Assembly (NCBI GenBank): GCA_964658305.1
Contig: OZ210885.1
Span: forward strand, 9,300,001-9,364,000
From: Leptogorgia sarmentosa
Taxonomy: Eukaryota
Length of the DNA: 64,000 bases
Direction of reading: 5' to 3'
Below are positions 25,166 to 37,117 of this stretch, piece by piece (position 1 is the stretch's first letter; each line of letters opens with the position of its first letter). A program made the position numbers and the translations under genes. The notes beneath the pieces were generated by a model. It did no database searches and had not been told where the DNA came from. It saw only the letters and a list, made by a program, of their open reading frames with translations.

Positions 25166-27127
25166 CTTTAATTTGCCATTCGTACTGGAGTACATGAAAA
25201 TGAAAATATGAATGGATCGAATTGACTTGGTCAAAACTTCTTTTTCTTTCTAGGATTAATGTCGAATCGTTCTCCATTGTTTTTATTTTACGACTGTGTA
25301 AATCTATTTTTAGGCTGAGATTGAATGCAAGCGTCTAGCGGCTAAACTTGTTGAGCTGCAGGGGGAAAATGGAGTATGAATTACAATTTTTAAGTTCTGG
25401 TCAAACAGAACGATGACAGAATTTGGCAGGAGAAAGTAAAATAATTAATGCAATGCTTGTGTTTCACGCAAATTATGCGTGATTTGATACGATACTTTGT
25501 TTTAGAATCACTATGTTGTGCACTCTTCATGTAGCACGTTTGTATGTCCTGCCATTTTAGCGTCTGAAAGAAGAAAGAAATTTTCTCAGAGAGAGAAACG
25601 AGCAACAAGTATTAAGAGGCAGATCACTGCTTGATGGCTCAGATAATGGTAGATTGCTCATGGCGGATTTACCGCCTGAGGCAAGGTTAGTTCAGTAAAC
25701 AAAGATTTCGGAAAAATGTCCCATCTGATCAGTACGATGAAAGGCACGCTAAAGTGTTTTTCCTTATTTCAAGAACTATCGTCGAAGGTGAAGAATCTGA
25801 GCAGGTAAATATATAATATAATTTCAAGCATTGATTACTGCCTGATAGTTATATGAGCTTCCTTTACAAGTAAAGCGTGTCGGCACTGACACATTTGTAC
25901 ATGTTTGGACTGCCCGCGGACCCGCGGTGTCATTGTGATCATGGAATATTTAATTAACTGAATAATTAACTGAAGGAATTAGTATTTGCGTTATTCGCTT
26001 ATTCTCTATAGCAGTAAACCATTACATACATGTAAGATCGTGTATTAGGGACAAATAAGTTGCGTTAATGTTGCGCGTGTCAAAATACGTCAAAATGAAA
26101 TCGTGCCATTTGCTTTGTTTCAGGACCAGTTCCTGGTCCAATAGTACAATCGTATTTGTCATGGCGGTCACGCCTGCATTGCATCGTCATTAAAATCACG
26201 CGGTGAATCTTATACACTCGCAAAAATTGATTTTTCGTTGATTTAAATTATTTGCGTCTCAACAGGTGAACGATGTGGATGATCGGAATGATTATGGGAA
26301 TATGTAAGTAAACACGCCTGGCTTTTTTGCACACGAAAACGGTCATTCATATTGAGACAATATCGCGAGATTTTCGGGAGACTGGTAGCGAATTTAGAAA
26401 TTGAAAAATTCCTTCATTTGCACGTGGAATTTTGCTTTGCTCGTTTTTCGGGGGGTAACGTGAGATATATAGGTAAATAGAGGGACTCTTGCGCATGAAA
26501 ATGGTATCAATATTGCCATGGAAACCAACAAAACAATTCCTCTTGCGCCGTTCTTGTTCGAGGCATACGAGCGAAATGGCGACCTTTGGTTAAAGTTGTG
26601 AAAGTGTATCAACTTCGTCTTGTATAGGCTCGTTCGTTTTAACTTTTTTTTGTTTAATTTTTGGTGTATATCAAAGTAAAAAGTCCTTTTAAAGTTTGTA
26701 TGTTTTTTGTTTCGTGGAAAATGTCTTAGGACAATAAATAAAATGCCTTTTAGAAAGGCCACAAATTATTCTCGCTTCAATGTCGGAGAATATATGCGCA
26801 AAAAAAGGTTAGGTTTGAATGGGGAGGTTCAGAAGACTAAAGAAGTAAACAATGCTGCCCAGAATCTTCAACGCTTGGATACGAAGGTAGGAAACGTTTT
26901 AAATTGTCCTTATTTGAAATCAAGTTTGTGATTAATCGTTGTGTGTGTGAATTCTGTCTTGTTAACCATTAATAGCTAATAATAAAAGCCATTCTGATTT
27001 GTGAGAATGCAACTGACATATCTGATGGCTGATGATAAAAAAACTACTAATTTTTAATACTGAAAAAAACTGTGTGCATATCAATGACAGCCAAATTGGT
27101 TCGACTCTGGACCAGGAAATATCTCGG

Positions 27128-27691
27128 CAGATCCAGCCAGTGATCATGATGGTAGATGACCTTTACGACAGCCAGAAGGCATAGTGTTGTGCAATGTTAC
27201 AACGAAGAAAGTATGCGATGCTTTGGTAGCCTTATTAGACACCTACTACCAGTTCAATGTCGAAAAAAATAATATTTAAGTAGTAATAATATTCACAATA
27301 ATATTTTGGTAATTTAAGTACATATCTCAATTTTATGCTGTATAATAAATGCTTTGCTACCAAACATAATATTTATTTTTTAATAACATTCACACAATAT
27401 TATCTTAGTCTCTATAGCCAAGTTGCTTGTTGTTAAGCATTTTGCTCCTTACCAAAGGGTGAATTTGGTCATGAAACAGGCCATTTTGGGGGCAAAATGC
27501 CCTGCTTCCATGGGGCCAAATTCCAAAAACATGGCCAATTCAGCTAACAGTGGGGGCCAAATTGGCCCTTCTAGCCAGGGGCCAAAATTAATGAACAGGT
27601 CCAATTTAGCTTAAATGGGGCCAAATTGGCCCTACTGTTTGGGTTTAATTCGGCCCAAAATAGCTAAAAAATAGGGCCCTATTCTTCAGGG
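27128..27691 (+). mobile_element. Possible CACTA/EnSpm remnant (accessory ORF C-terminus plus subterminal repeats)
   Basis: EGIVLC..DALVALLDTYYQFNV motif; arrays of GGCCAAATTGGCCC ending CAGGGT. Confidence 0.35.
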
Positions 27692-28543
27692 TCGAAAGTG
27701 GCCCCGTTTAAGAGGGGTTGTCTCTTGTTGTCTTTAAGAGGTGTTGTGCAAGCTGTAGAAATTGTGCATTTTATGAAGTTCTGCACAATTGTATTTACAG
27801 ACACTGTTTTACATAATTTATACAAATTACTAAATTTGACCCGCAACTCCGAAAAAAAAGGCGCAAAAAAGGAAAAAGCCATCGGTGCAACACCCAACAC
27901 GTGTACCACCAGAGCAGGAAACTTCTCGCGCCGAATAGGTTCCGGAAGATGATGGCCGCCCGGTTAGTAAAAAGAGTTGAATCAGCACAGTTCAGATTGG
28001 AGATCTTATTGAGTTCTTGAAGAGCAAGAGAGAATGTTATTGAGTTCTTGAAGAGCAAGAATTTGGGTGATTTAAACTGTCGTTGAAGGTATGCAACATA
28101 CATATTTTGGTGGGTTTAAATGAAACTGACGCGTTTATTGCTTGCTCTTTAATACGGTTTTAAGCCTCTCGATTAAGACTTCAGGGCATATCGCTTGTCT
28201 TGCGATTGTGTTTATGTAGTTATGAAAATACTGATCACGGTTTAAGTTATAATTTGAACTCATGCGTCATTGTGATCTGTGAATACTTTTAGTAATCGGT
28301 CGTCTTTTGAATATCCCGCGTCACAGATAGCTACGTGTCTGCATGTTTTGGTTTTCTTTCAAATATAACCTTTATGATTTACTGTCAACGAACGAGGAAG
28401 CCGGAGAAGATTTTTCGACCAAGACTGATATTTATCACATGATTCCTCGCTTGAAGCTTCGAAAGAGGTTTCTTTCCCTCTGTTTATAGTTTAATAAATA
28501 ATACCACAATGTATACATATCCTCACTGTTGTGTATTGTTTTA

Positions 28544-28985
28544 TATTATACCTCAAATTCAAATTGTCCAATGAAAAACCAGCATTTGTACCACGTGAGA
28601 GTGTGATTTTTTACGGTATTTCACTCAAATTCCTGATTTCGCAATCCAGCGTGGGATACTATAATATCCCACGGCAGATCCACCGTGGGATATTATAGTA
28701 TCTCACGCGTGACGCGTGGGCAACACGCGCTTAGCATAGCTATGCAAAATGGCAGGCGAGCAAGACTCGGACGAAGAAATAAACAGACTTCTTGAAAACA
28801 AAAGATGCAAAAATGTTTCGTTCGGTATAATATATCATTTATAGACCCTCCGCTCGGGGGATTCGGTGATATTTCCCTCAGTGATGATATTGTTTGTCCT
28901 CGGGGCAGAGCCCCTCGGAAAATATCATCACTTCAGGAAATATTACGCCGAATCCTCCTCGCTCCGGGTCTATAAATGATAAATA
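28544..28985 (+). mobile_element. Non-autonomous internal-deletion derivative of the adjacent Crypton
   Basis: Same 5' end, first codons, internal complementary segment and terminal hairpin as 29131-31033. Confidence 0.88.
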
Positions 28986-29130
28986 GCGCAGGTGTAATAC
29001 TGGTCATCTGCAGATTCATCTGAGGAATCAATTAAAATTGAATTGGTTCTTTAAACCAATTAAAATTGGACGTTTTTACCATTAAATTAACCATTCATCA
29101 ATTGGTTAAAACAACCAAAATATTTGGTAA

Positions 29131-31033
29131 TATTATACCTCAAATTCAAATTGTCCAATGAAAAAACAGGATTTGTACCACGTGATAGTGAGATTTTTTA
29201 CGGTATTTCACTCAAATTCCTGATTTCGCAATCCAGCGTGGGATACTATAATATCCCACGGCAGATCCACCGTGGGATATTATAGTATCCCACGCTCACG
29301 CGTGACGCGTGGGCAACACGCACTTAAAAATGGCGGCAGAACAAGACCAACAAGATTCCGACGAAGAGATTAACAGAATTCTTGATGCAAAAGATGCAAA
29401 AAACACAAAAAAATCAACGAAATTTGCAGTTCGTGTTTTCCACGGCGCGATTGAAGACGTAGAAATAGAGGAGAATATAGAAAGCCTCGATAAAAGCTTG
29501 GCAAAGTTTTTTGCAAATGCAAAAAAAAAGACGGGACGAAATACAAAGCTAGTGCTTTACGAACATTAAGAAACGGACTATAAGGAGACATTATTTGGAC
29601 CGATTGGGCATTGATATCGTCAACGACAGGTCGTTTACTTATAATACGAAGGTTTTCAAAGCTTCGGTCATCGATTTACGTCGTCAAGGTCTCGCTACAG
29701 TACAACATCACATACCCATAACGAAAGTTGATATGGCAAAACTTTACAGTGGTGAAACGATTGTTTTTTATATTAACGCGCCAAATAGATTGCTTAATAA
29801 AGTTTGGTTCGAAGTTATGTATTTCCTGTGCAGAAGAGGGCAGGAGAATTTGAGAGCAATGACGAAAGAAACCTTTGAGCTCGCAGTTGACAGCGCTGGA
29901 AAACGATACATATTTCAAAAAGTTGGTGAGCTTGATAAAAACCACCGTGATTTAACAACAGGTTCTGTATCACGAGGGCGAATGTATGAGCAACCAGGTA
30001 TGTTTTTTGTTTATGAATTTTGTATAAAATCTCTCTATTTTCTATGAATGCTTGTTCAGTTCTAATATTGATTATTTGCATTTGGAAATATTTTCAGGAA
30101 AATCTACCTGCCCAGTTGAATCATTCTTAAAGTACCTTAGTAAACTAAACAAGGGAATACCGGAACTGTGGCAAAGACCTCTTGATTCATTTTATCCCGA
30201 CAATGAAAGTTGGTACTACAAAGCCCCACTCGGGAAAAATACGCTAGGAACAATGATGAGTAAAATTTCACGACAAGGACAGTTGTCTCAACGATACACA
30301 AATCATTCAATACGATCAACTGCCATAACAGTACTGGATGAAGCAGGTACATTCGTATTTTTTATGCCAGAAAAACAGACTTTTTCAATTTAAGTTTTTG
30401 CTTATATTCTATTAAATTACCTTGACGTATAAGCTATGAAGCAAGACATATTATGGCGATTTCAGGACACAAGAATGAAGCCAGTATTAGATCATATTCT
30501 TCAAACGTGTCAGAAGATCAGAGTAGAGACATGTCTAACGCATTCATGTTGCCCATGACTAACAGTGCTGACACAGTTGATACCGTCCCAGCAAACGAAA
30601 GTCTAACTTCTCTTGAAAGATCACTAGCACTGCTCGACGATATTGATGTTCCCTCTACTCCCCAGCTTAACCAAGTCATGAATACAGTCCTTTCTCCCAT
30701 ATTGTCGACTTCAAAGGATATATTTAAAAACAATAAATTTGAAGGCTGCACAATCAACATAAATTATTGTGGCTAAACATTGCATGTGCGAATTACTGAA
30801 TTTCAGTCAATTTTGTTACTATTGTTGTTGTATAATATCATTGTTTATATCTATGCATTTTATTGGTTTTTGTTCGGTATAATATACCATTTATAGACCC
30901 TCCGCTCGGGGGATTCGGCGATATTTCCCTCAGTGATGATATTTTCCTCGGGGCAGAGCCTCTCGGAAAATATCATCACTTCGGGAAATATTACGCCGAA
31001 TCCCCCTCGCTCCGGGTCTATAAATGATAAATA
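29131..31033 (+). mobile_element. Crypton-type (tyrosine recombinase) DNA transposon
   Basis: YR gene; ends defined by the shared derivative: TATTATACC...GGGTCTATAAATGATAAATA. Confidence 0.88.
29330..30776 (+). pseudogene. DUF3504/CryptonA-like tyrosine recombinase, 2 introns, disrupted
   Basis: CRRGQEN, KNH, CPV, TNHSIRST, SGHKNEASIRSY (R-K-H-R-H-Y set); introns ~29998-30097 and ~30347-30432 (acceptor TAA); frameshifts near 29525 and 29581. Confidence 0.88.
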
Positions 31034-31139
31034 TTAACCAATTGTTACTGGTTAAAATGACCAATTAGTTATTGGTTAATTTTTTTGGTAAAAAAAAATT
31101 CTAAATTTCTAAAATACTGGCAGATACAGCTTGAAGCAA

Positions 31140-31474
31140 ATGCTTTACATGGAAATCATGAACTAATAAGAAGAGTTGCACGGGAAATGCAACGTCGAAG
31201 TGATTTGTGTGTGCTGAGAAATGGCGGCCACGTTGAATGATTGTAACCAACTAAAATAAATAAAATTCGAGCTATCTCAAATTTTAAATTGTCCAATCAT
31301 ACTTACAAAAATTAACATTACTCGCTCATTTCCAACTCAAATTTAACAAACAAGCAGTCTTAAGAAAGCGGAATGGTAGAGCTTTCTAACGATGGTAAAT
31401 ATAGCCTATTTTCTATTTCTTTTCGTAATCAAAATTGCATTTGAACGTAGGATTGCGTTTTTTCAGACACCCTG
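31140..31474 (+). mobile_element. Tc1/mariner 3' remnant
   Basis: MQRRSDLCVLRNGGHVE* C-terminus; right end CACCCTG|TA. Confidence 0.55.
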
Positions 31475-31515
31475 TATTCGTTATTCAATATTGGTTGGTT
31501 CAATATTGGTTGGAG

Positions 31516-31731
31516 TATAAATAAGGTTGGAGTATTTTTACCCGTTTGAATCGGAGCATTCTTTCCGTATTATAGTAAATCCGACTTAGTCGATCATCAC
31601 ACTAGTCTATAATCGCCGAGTTGCAAAAATTGAACGTACGCTCAGCTATAGTAAGATGGATTAGAGCCTTCCTCACGTTCGTATCCGCGTAAGTATCCTA
31701 ATGTAAGCTTAAACGAGATCCCAGTCTCGAA
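31516..31731 (+). repeat. ~220-bp direct repeat, copy 2
   Basis: Near-identical to 24945-25165. Confidence 0.85.
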
Positions 31732-32123
31732 ATAAAAACTACTAACTTTTAATACTGAAAAAACTGTGTGCATCTCAACAAGATTACTATGTGTTACTCC
31801 TAATGTAACCTTAAACGAGATCCCAGTCTCGAAAGAACTTATTAACTGTTAACTGTGTACGCTAAGGCCCACACTATGCGTGGCAAACGAGGATCTAATT
31901 TCTCAAAACACGGACAAAAGATAAGAGGAACTGAGACGTCAGGTTTCAGTCAAGCACCTCAACCTAACAACAGAAGCACGCAGCAAGGTTGGAAGTAAAG
32001 ACCACCGCCTTAGCGTTACCCCCTAGAGGGCCCCGCAAACAGGCACGAACACGAAGAGTACTGCTGCCAACAAGGCCAAACGGTGCACGAACGAACAGCG
32101 AACACGTACGGAATTCACAACAC

Positions 32124-32255
32124 TTCTTCTAGTCTTCGATTCTTCTAGTCTTCGATTCTTCTAGTCTTCGATTCTTCTAGTCTTCGATTCTTCAAGTCTT
32201 CGATTCTTCTAGTGTTCGATTCTTCGATTCTTCGATTCTCCGATTCTTCGATTCT
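32124..32255. repeat. 16-bp/8-bp minisatellite
   Basis: (TTCTTCTAGTCTTCGA)n grading into (TTCTTCGA)n. Confidence 0.9.
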
Positions 32256-33615
32256 TCCAGTCTCCTTCTTTAAGTCTTCGCCCGAAGGCGATTTACTTGC
32301 TATTCCGAGCCTTATTTTAACAGTGAAAAGCGAGCTTAAGATTACGGGACGCGACCGCCCGGAAGGTAATATTCAATTTTCAGTTAATAACGCATGCGTG
32401 ATTTCACGTCGTCAAAGTTTTTATCACTAGCTTTGTTCTTTGATGAATGACTCAATCAACTAAAACTATGCATCGCTTCACAGATGATACAACAAAAGTG
32501 TAGTTTTATAAAAATCACAATGTTTTTATTTTTTAGAAACGTTTTTTAGTGATAATCTTAATGCGAAGTATTTAGCGCGCGGGATCTGAACAAACATCAC
32601 TGGTTGAAACCAACGTGGTTGTTTTATCTCCAGGGAGACGACGTTGCCGGCAAACATTCTCTTCACTGCTTTTTTCATGCGCTCGATCACCTAGTTGCCG
32701 GGTAGCACTCTTTCACGACCGGCGCGTGAGTGCGGAAATGGTAGACAGCAGACACACATAGAGATCAGAAGGAGACTCGGAGTGCGCTTCGGTTGGTTGT
32801 GTCAAAAGGGAGACGCAAAGATGGCATGTTCGTTTCAGAAATATTTGGCATGTTCATTCAGACAATGTGTATTTACTAGCAGTTTGTATGTATGTATGCA
32901 GTGATCAGTCCATACATTGTCCCAAAACCTCAGATCCAACATTATTTCACTTTACAACTCGTATTTATAATCCCTGTCGCTTTGCATTATCTTTGGCTTA
33001 GTTAGATAAATATAGTGCCAAGTTTGACAGCTCACAGATGCAGGAACTTCGGCCCTTGCTACTTGCTGATTATCTATCGACACATTTGCGTTTTGTTTTT
33101 ATGTCCATTGACATAATACTGTTTTACCTACAATGTATATTACGCGATACGTAATTATAGTCCGACTTCGTATCATCATATCACGTGAAAGATATATTCC
33201 AAAGCTTTTCAAAAACTGGCCAATATTACATTACTGAATTAGTCTATCTTCGCATCATAAAAAAAATCTTCCCAGGTTTTTATAAGTGGTGAAATATATA
33301 TCCCGTAAACGAAATACATTGTTCATTATATAACACTTTGTTAAATTAACGCGATTTAATTGGTTATTTACGATCACGTGATATAAAATAGAAATTCCAT
33401 TTTCATGATCGTGCAATGGAACCGTGCAAATATTTCTTTCCATTGCACGGTGGTTTTAATTATTTTCAATCACTCAAAATGTTATTATCGCACGCTTTTA
33501 ATGGCGAATCTATGAACGTGGCGCGACCATGTGAGCGATGGAATTTTATTTAGTAAACTGACAAAACAAAATGGCGGGTATTTCGTGTCAATGATTTATT
33601 TTGGTGTCATATAAA

Positions 33616-33777
33616 ACAAATAATGAATGTTTATTTCGTGCAATGGTAAGAATATTTTCATTCGGTGAAAGATGGAATGTTCCACTCAACTCGGCTTCGC
33701 CTCGTTGAATAGAACATTCCATCTTTCACCTCATGAAAATATTCTTACCATTGCACTCATAAACATTCATTATTTGT
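33616..33777. repeat. ~160-bp hairpin with TC/TC mismatches; probable end of a Crypton-like non-autonomous element
   Basis: Arms meet at AAC-TC-GGC-TTC-GCC-TC-GTT; same mismatch pattern as the Crypton terminal hairpin. Confidence 0.7.
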
Positions 33778-34378
33778 ATACTGATTATTGACCACGTATT
33801 AATTAATGTCGAAATCTATCTTATTGTCTTTTAGTCCCCAAATATATTTCGAAAGTTTTGTTTCATTTGAGTAACTTTTGTGGTTAAAAGACTTCATGTG
33901 GTTTCCATATCATTCTTTAAATTTGCTTGCTGACATGCCTATATTCCTATGTAGTGTTTTAAGCTGCTTGTGGTTGTGCAGGTGACACGCTATGGGGGTA
34001 TTCTTCCCCAGAAAATTTTTGAAGTTGCAAAGCCCTGGGATGGCATATACGGCAATTTCAGCGACAATGAAAACGAATTTGTGTTTGGTTCACCTGTAGT
34101 GAATGACTGGAATCACTACTAAAATAAGGAAAATACAACAGGCAAAAGTATCTTCAAATATTTGTAATTTCAAGGTAGGGATATAAATATATAGCTAGGG
34201 ATATATATTTTATGTTATTTGCCAGCTAAGAGAACCTGCAGCCATTACACCACAGAACCTTAGCACGACAATATTTCCCCATTGTTTCAAGTTTCTACCA
34301 TTTCGTTGATAGCGAAAGCAATCTCTTCAAACGATGTGGATGTTTACTAAAAAGAAATTATATTGTCAGCGCGTCACA

Positions 34379-34460
34379 GGTAGCGTGACCGAGTGGTCTA
34401 AGGCGCTGGTTTTAGGCACCAGTCATTTCGATGACGTGGGTTCGAATCCCACCGCTGCCA
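34379..34460 (+). tRNA. tRNA-Leu(TAG)
   Basis: Complete cloverleaf, one D-arm change; Gln 5' fragment upstream on the minus strand. Confidence 0.85.
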
Positions 34461-34803
34461 AATTTTCGTTGCTCATGGCTATATTGAGCTGACGTTAGTT
34501 ATAAAACATGATGCTTCCTCTCTATTATTTGTTAAAATTCATAATTTAACCCACAACCGAAGAAAGTAAAATTAACATTATTCTAATTTTACCCTTGTTT
34601 TTGCATTGGTTTCTATGGCTTAGTGTCCCCTCAGTAATTCAAATAACAAGCTCAACTTGTCATTAATCTGTCTCTTGGATCAATTTGATTCGATTAACTC
34701 TGAATTGCAATATGGATGGTGGAAGGGGAAGGCAATAAAATTCGCTGCATTACAAAATATTCAAAAATAGGCTCTGGCGAAACTTGCACGTTTCTCTTCA
34801 CAT

Positions 34804-36924
34804 AATAATAATAATAATAATATAATATAATGAATTTGTCACTTTATACATGATAAAAACTAATTAAGACAAATAAAGACAGATACAATTAAGTCGTGAC
34901 AGGGAAAAGGAACAGGACTCTCGTCCCAATTGACACCTAACCCTAAAAAGACGTAAAATACATGCAGAATTAAATATAGTTACAAGTTATAACACATTAG
35001 TAGTAACAACTTATACTAGCTAAGGTTTGAACGTTTACACACTGCGACTTACACACTATGGAGATTACAATTATGAATCATTCGAAATCAATTTGGAAAT
35101 TACGCGTTAATTTATAAATTCATATTAGTAAATATGCAGTAGACGCTGATCACGCAGTGCCCGGAGGTACGCAATGCGATAACTTGGTAGAGTACACCTT
35201 ATGAAGATAAGACTTGAAAATACTTAAAGAATTGGAGGATTTGACGTGAGACGGTAGAGTGTTCCATAGTTCAACTGTTCTAATGAAAAAAGAATTTCTA
35301 AAATAGTCCTGCTTGTGCTTAATTATAAGATTATAGTTGTTTTTATCATAATTTCTTGATTGGTATCCAGGTTCAAAAGTACATATATATTTGTTCACAT
35401 CAGTAGTAGTAGCTCCAGTTCTAGATTTAAAAAGTAGGCATAAGTCGGAGATATCTCTTCTGAACTCAAGAGGGAGAATCTTGATCTTCACGAGTCTATC
35501 GGCATACGTCAGGTCCTGTGGATAGTCGAGAATAAACTTCGTTGCCCTCCGCTGGACATTTTCGACTAGTCTCTTATGCTTGATGGTATAAGGTGACCAT
35601 AAGCTGCTGGCATATTCTAGAATGGGCCTCACGATAGCGCAGTATAATATTTTTCTCACTCTTTGGTCATGGGTATCCTTGCAAATTCGTTTTACAAGTC
35701 CGAGTGTTCTGTTGGCTTTGGCCACCATTTCTTCTATGTGTCTTGACCAGGACATGTCACTGCAAACAGTCACACCAAGATCTCTGACGAATGGAACACA
35801 TTGAAGAGGTTGGCCGTCCAAATGGTACTGTGATACAATCTTCTTCTTCTTTCTCGAGACCCGTAGTACTTGACATTTGGAGTTGTTAAATTTCATCGCC
35901 CAGTCGAGACTCCATTTATGAAGGTTATTCAAGTCGTTTTGGAGATGAAGGGTTGAGTCAGGAAGATCGATGGATTTATAAAGTTTAAAGTCATCGGCAA
36001 AAAGAGCAATGGTTGATTGGGAATTGATGTAGCTGGGGAGATCGTTGACATAGACAAGGAACAGGAGAGGACCAAGTATGGAACCTTGGGGGACACCGGA
36101 TGTTATTGGAAGCCAGTCAGAATAGGCGCCATCAAGAACAACTCTTTGATGTCTGCCCGTGAGATAACTACTAAACCACGAGAGAAGAGATCCTGAGATA
36201 CCATAACTGTTCAGTTTTAGAAGTAGTAAGCTATGTGGGACCTTATCAAAGGCTTTAGATAAATCTAAGTAAACGATATCTATTTCCCTTCCCGATGCGA
36301 CGGTTTCTATGATGTTGTGATAAACCTCCAGGAGTTGAGTTACTGTTGATCGTCCTCGCAAGAACCCATGTTGAAGGTGGTATAACAGGGGTGACAGGTG
36401 ATAATAGCAGTGGTTAAAAACACAACGTTCCAATACTTTGGACAGTACACAGAGAAGAGAGATAGGACGGTAATTGGATTTTATCGATGGATCCTCTTTC
36501 TTGAAGACAGGGGATATGTTGGCGAATTTCCATTCTGTTGGCACTACACCCAGGGAAAGGGAAAGGTTGAACAATCTGCACAAAGAGGGAGCGATCTCAT
36601 GTGCAACTTCTTTCAACAATCTACACGGAATACCGTCTGGTCCACTGGCCTTGTTTGGGTCTAAGTTACTCAGTACTGCAGCAACTTCTTCTTCAATCAG
36701 TTCAATCTCCGATAGCTGATTATCCAGGGTTTTAGAAGTAGTTGGAAAGGAAGCAGGAGGTTCAATGTCGCTGGGGTTAAAAACTGAGTGGAAAAAAGAG
36801 TTCAAGAGGTTGGCTTTCTCACGACTATCTGTAATATAGGATTGTCCATTTCTCAGAAAATTCGGACTTTGGCTTGATCTTGTTGAAGATTTCACATATG
36901 ACCAGAAACGTTTAGGGTTTTCGA
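34804..36924 (-). mobile_element. 5'-truncated CR1/L2-group LINE
   Basis: RT ORF, (TTA)n tail, TSD TCACAT; empty site at ~53800. Confidence 0.92.
35150..36924 (-). CDS. LINE reverse transcriptase (open frame, N-terminally truncated)
   Basis: NYRPISLL, DLSKAFD, GVPQGSILGP, FADD, DLGV. Confidence 0.9.
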
Positions 36925-36956
36925 TCACATGTCACAAATAATCCACAAATTGTCAC

Positions 36957-37030
36957 TCCCATGGTGTGGTTCTCTGGTTTGAATCCAGCGTTTTTACCGC
37001 CATGGCCCGGGTTCGATTCCAAGCATTACA
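36957..37030 (+). pseudogene. tRNA-Glu(TTC) pseudogene
   Basis: Degenerate Glu body; same variant at 53838-53911. Confidence 0.65.
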
Positions 37031-37117
37031 ATGCTTTCTGAAAATTTGAATTTGAAATAGTTTCTGTTCAAATATTCAAACTCATTCTCTGAAAACAGAC
37101 CAGTTTAACAATACCAC

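Noticed and set aside
25630..26310. Exon-like pieces with GT/AG signals
   Set aside because: Could not be assembled into a stop-free recognisable protein; probably a decayed transposon gene
29330..31033. Bacterial integron/phage integrase or DIRS retroelement
   Set aside because: Spliceosomal introns and DUF3504-type motifs; no RT/RNase H within the element ends
32124..32255. Possible CRISPR array
   Set aside because: Contiguous tandem units with no unique spacers, no cas genes, eukaryotic context
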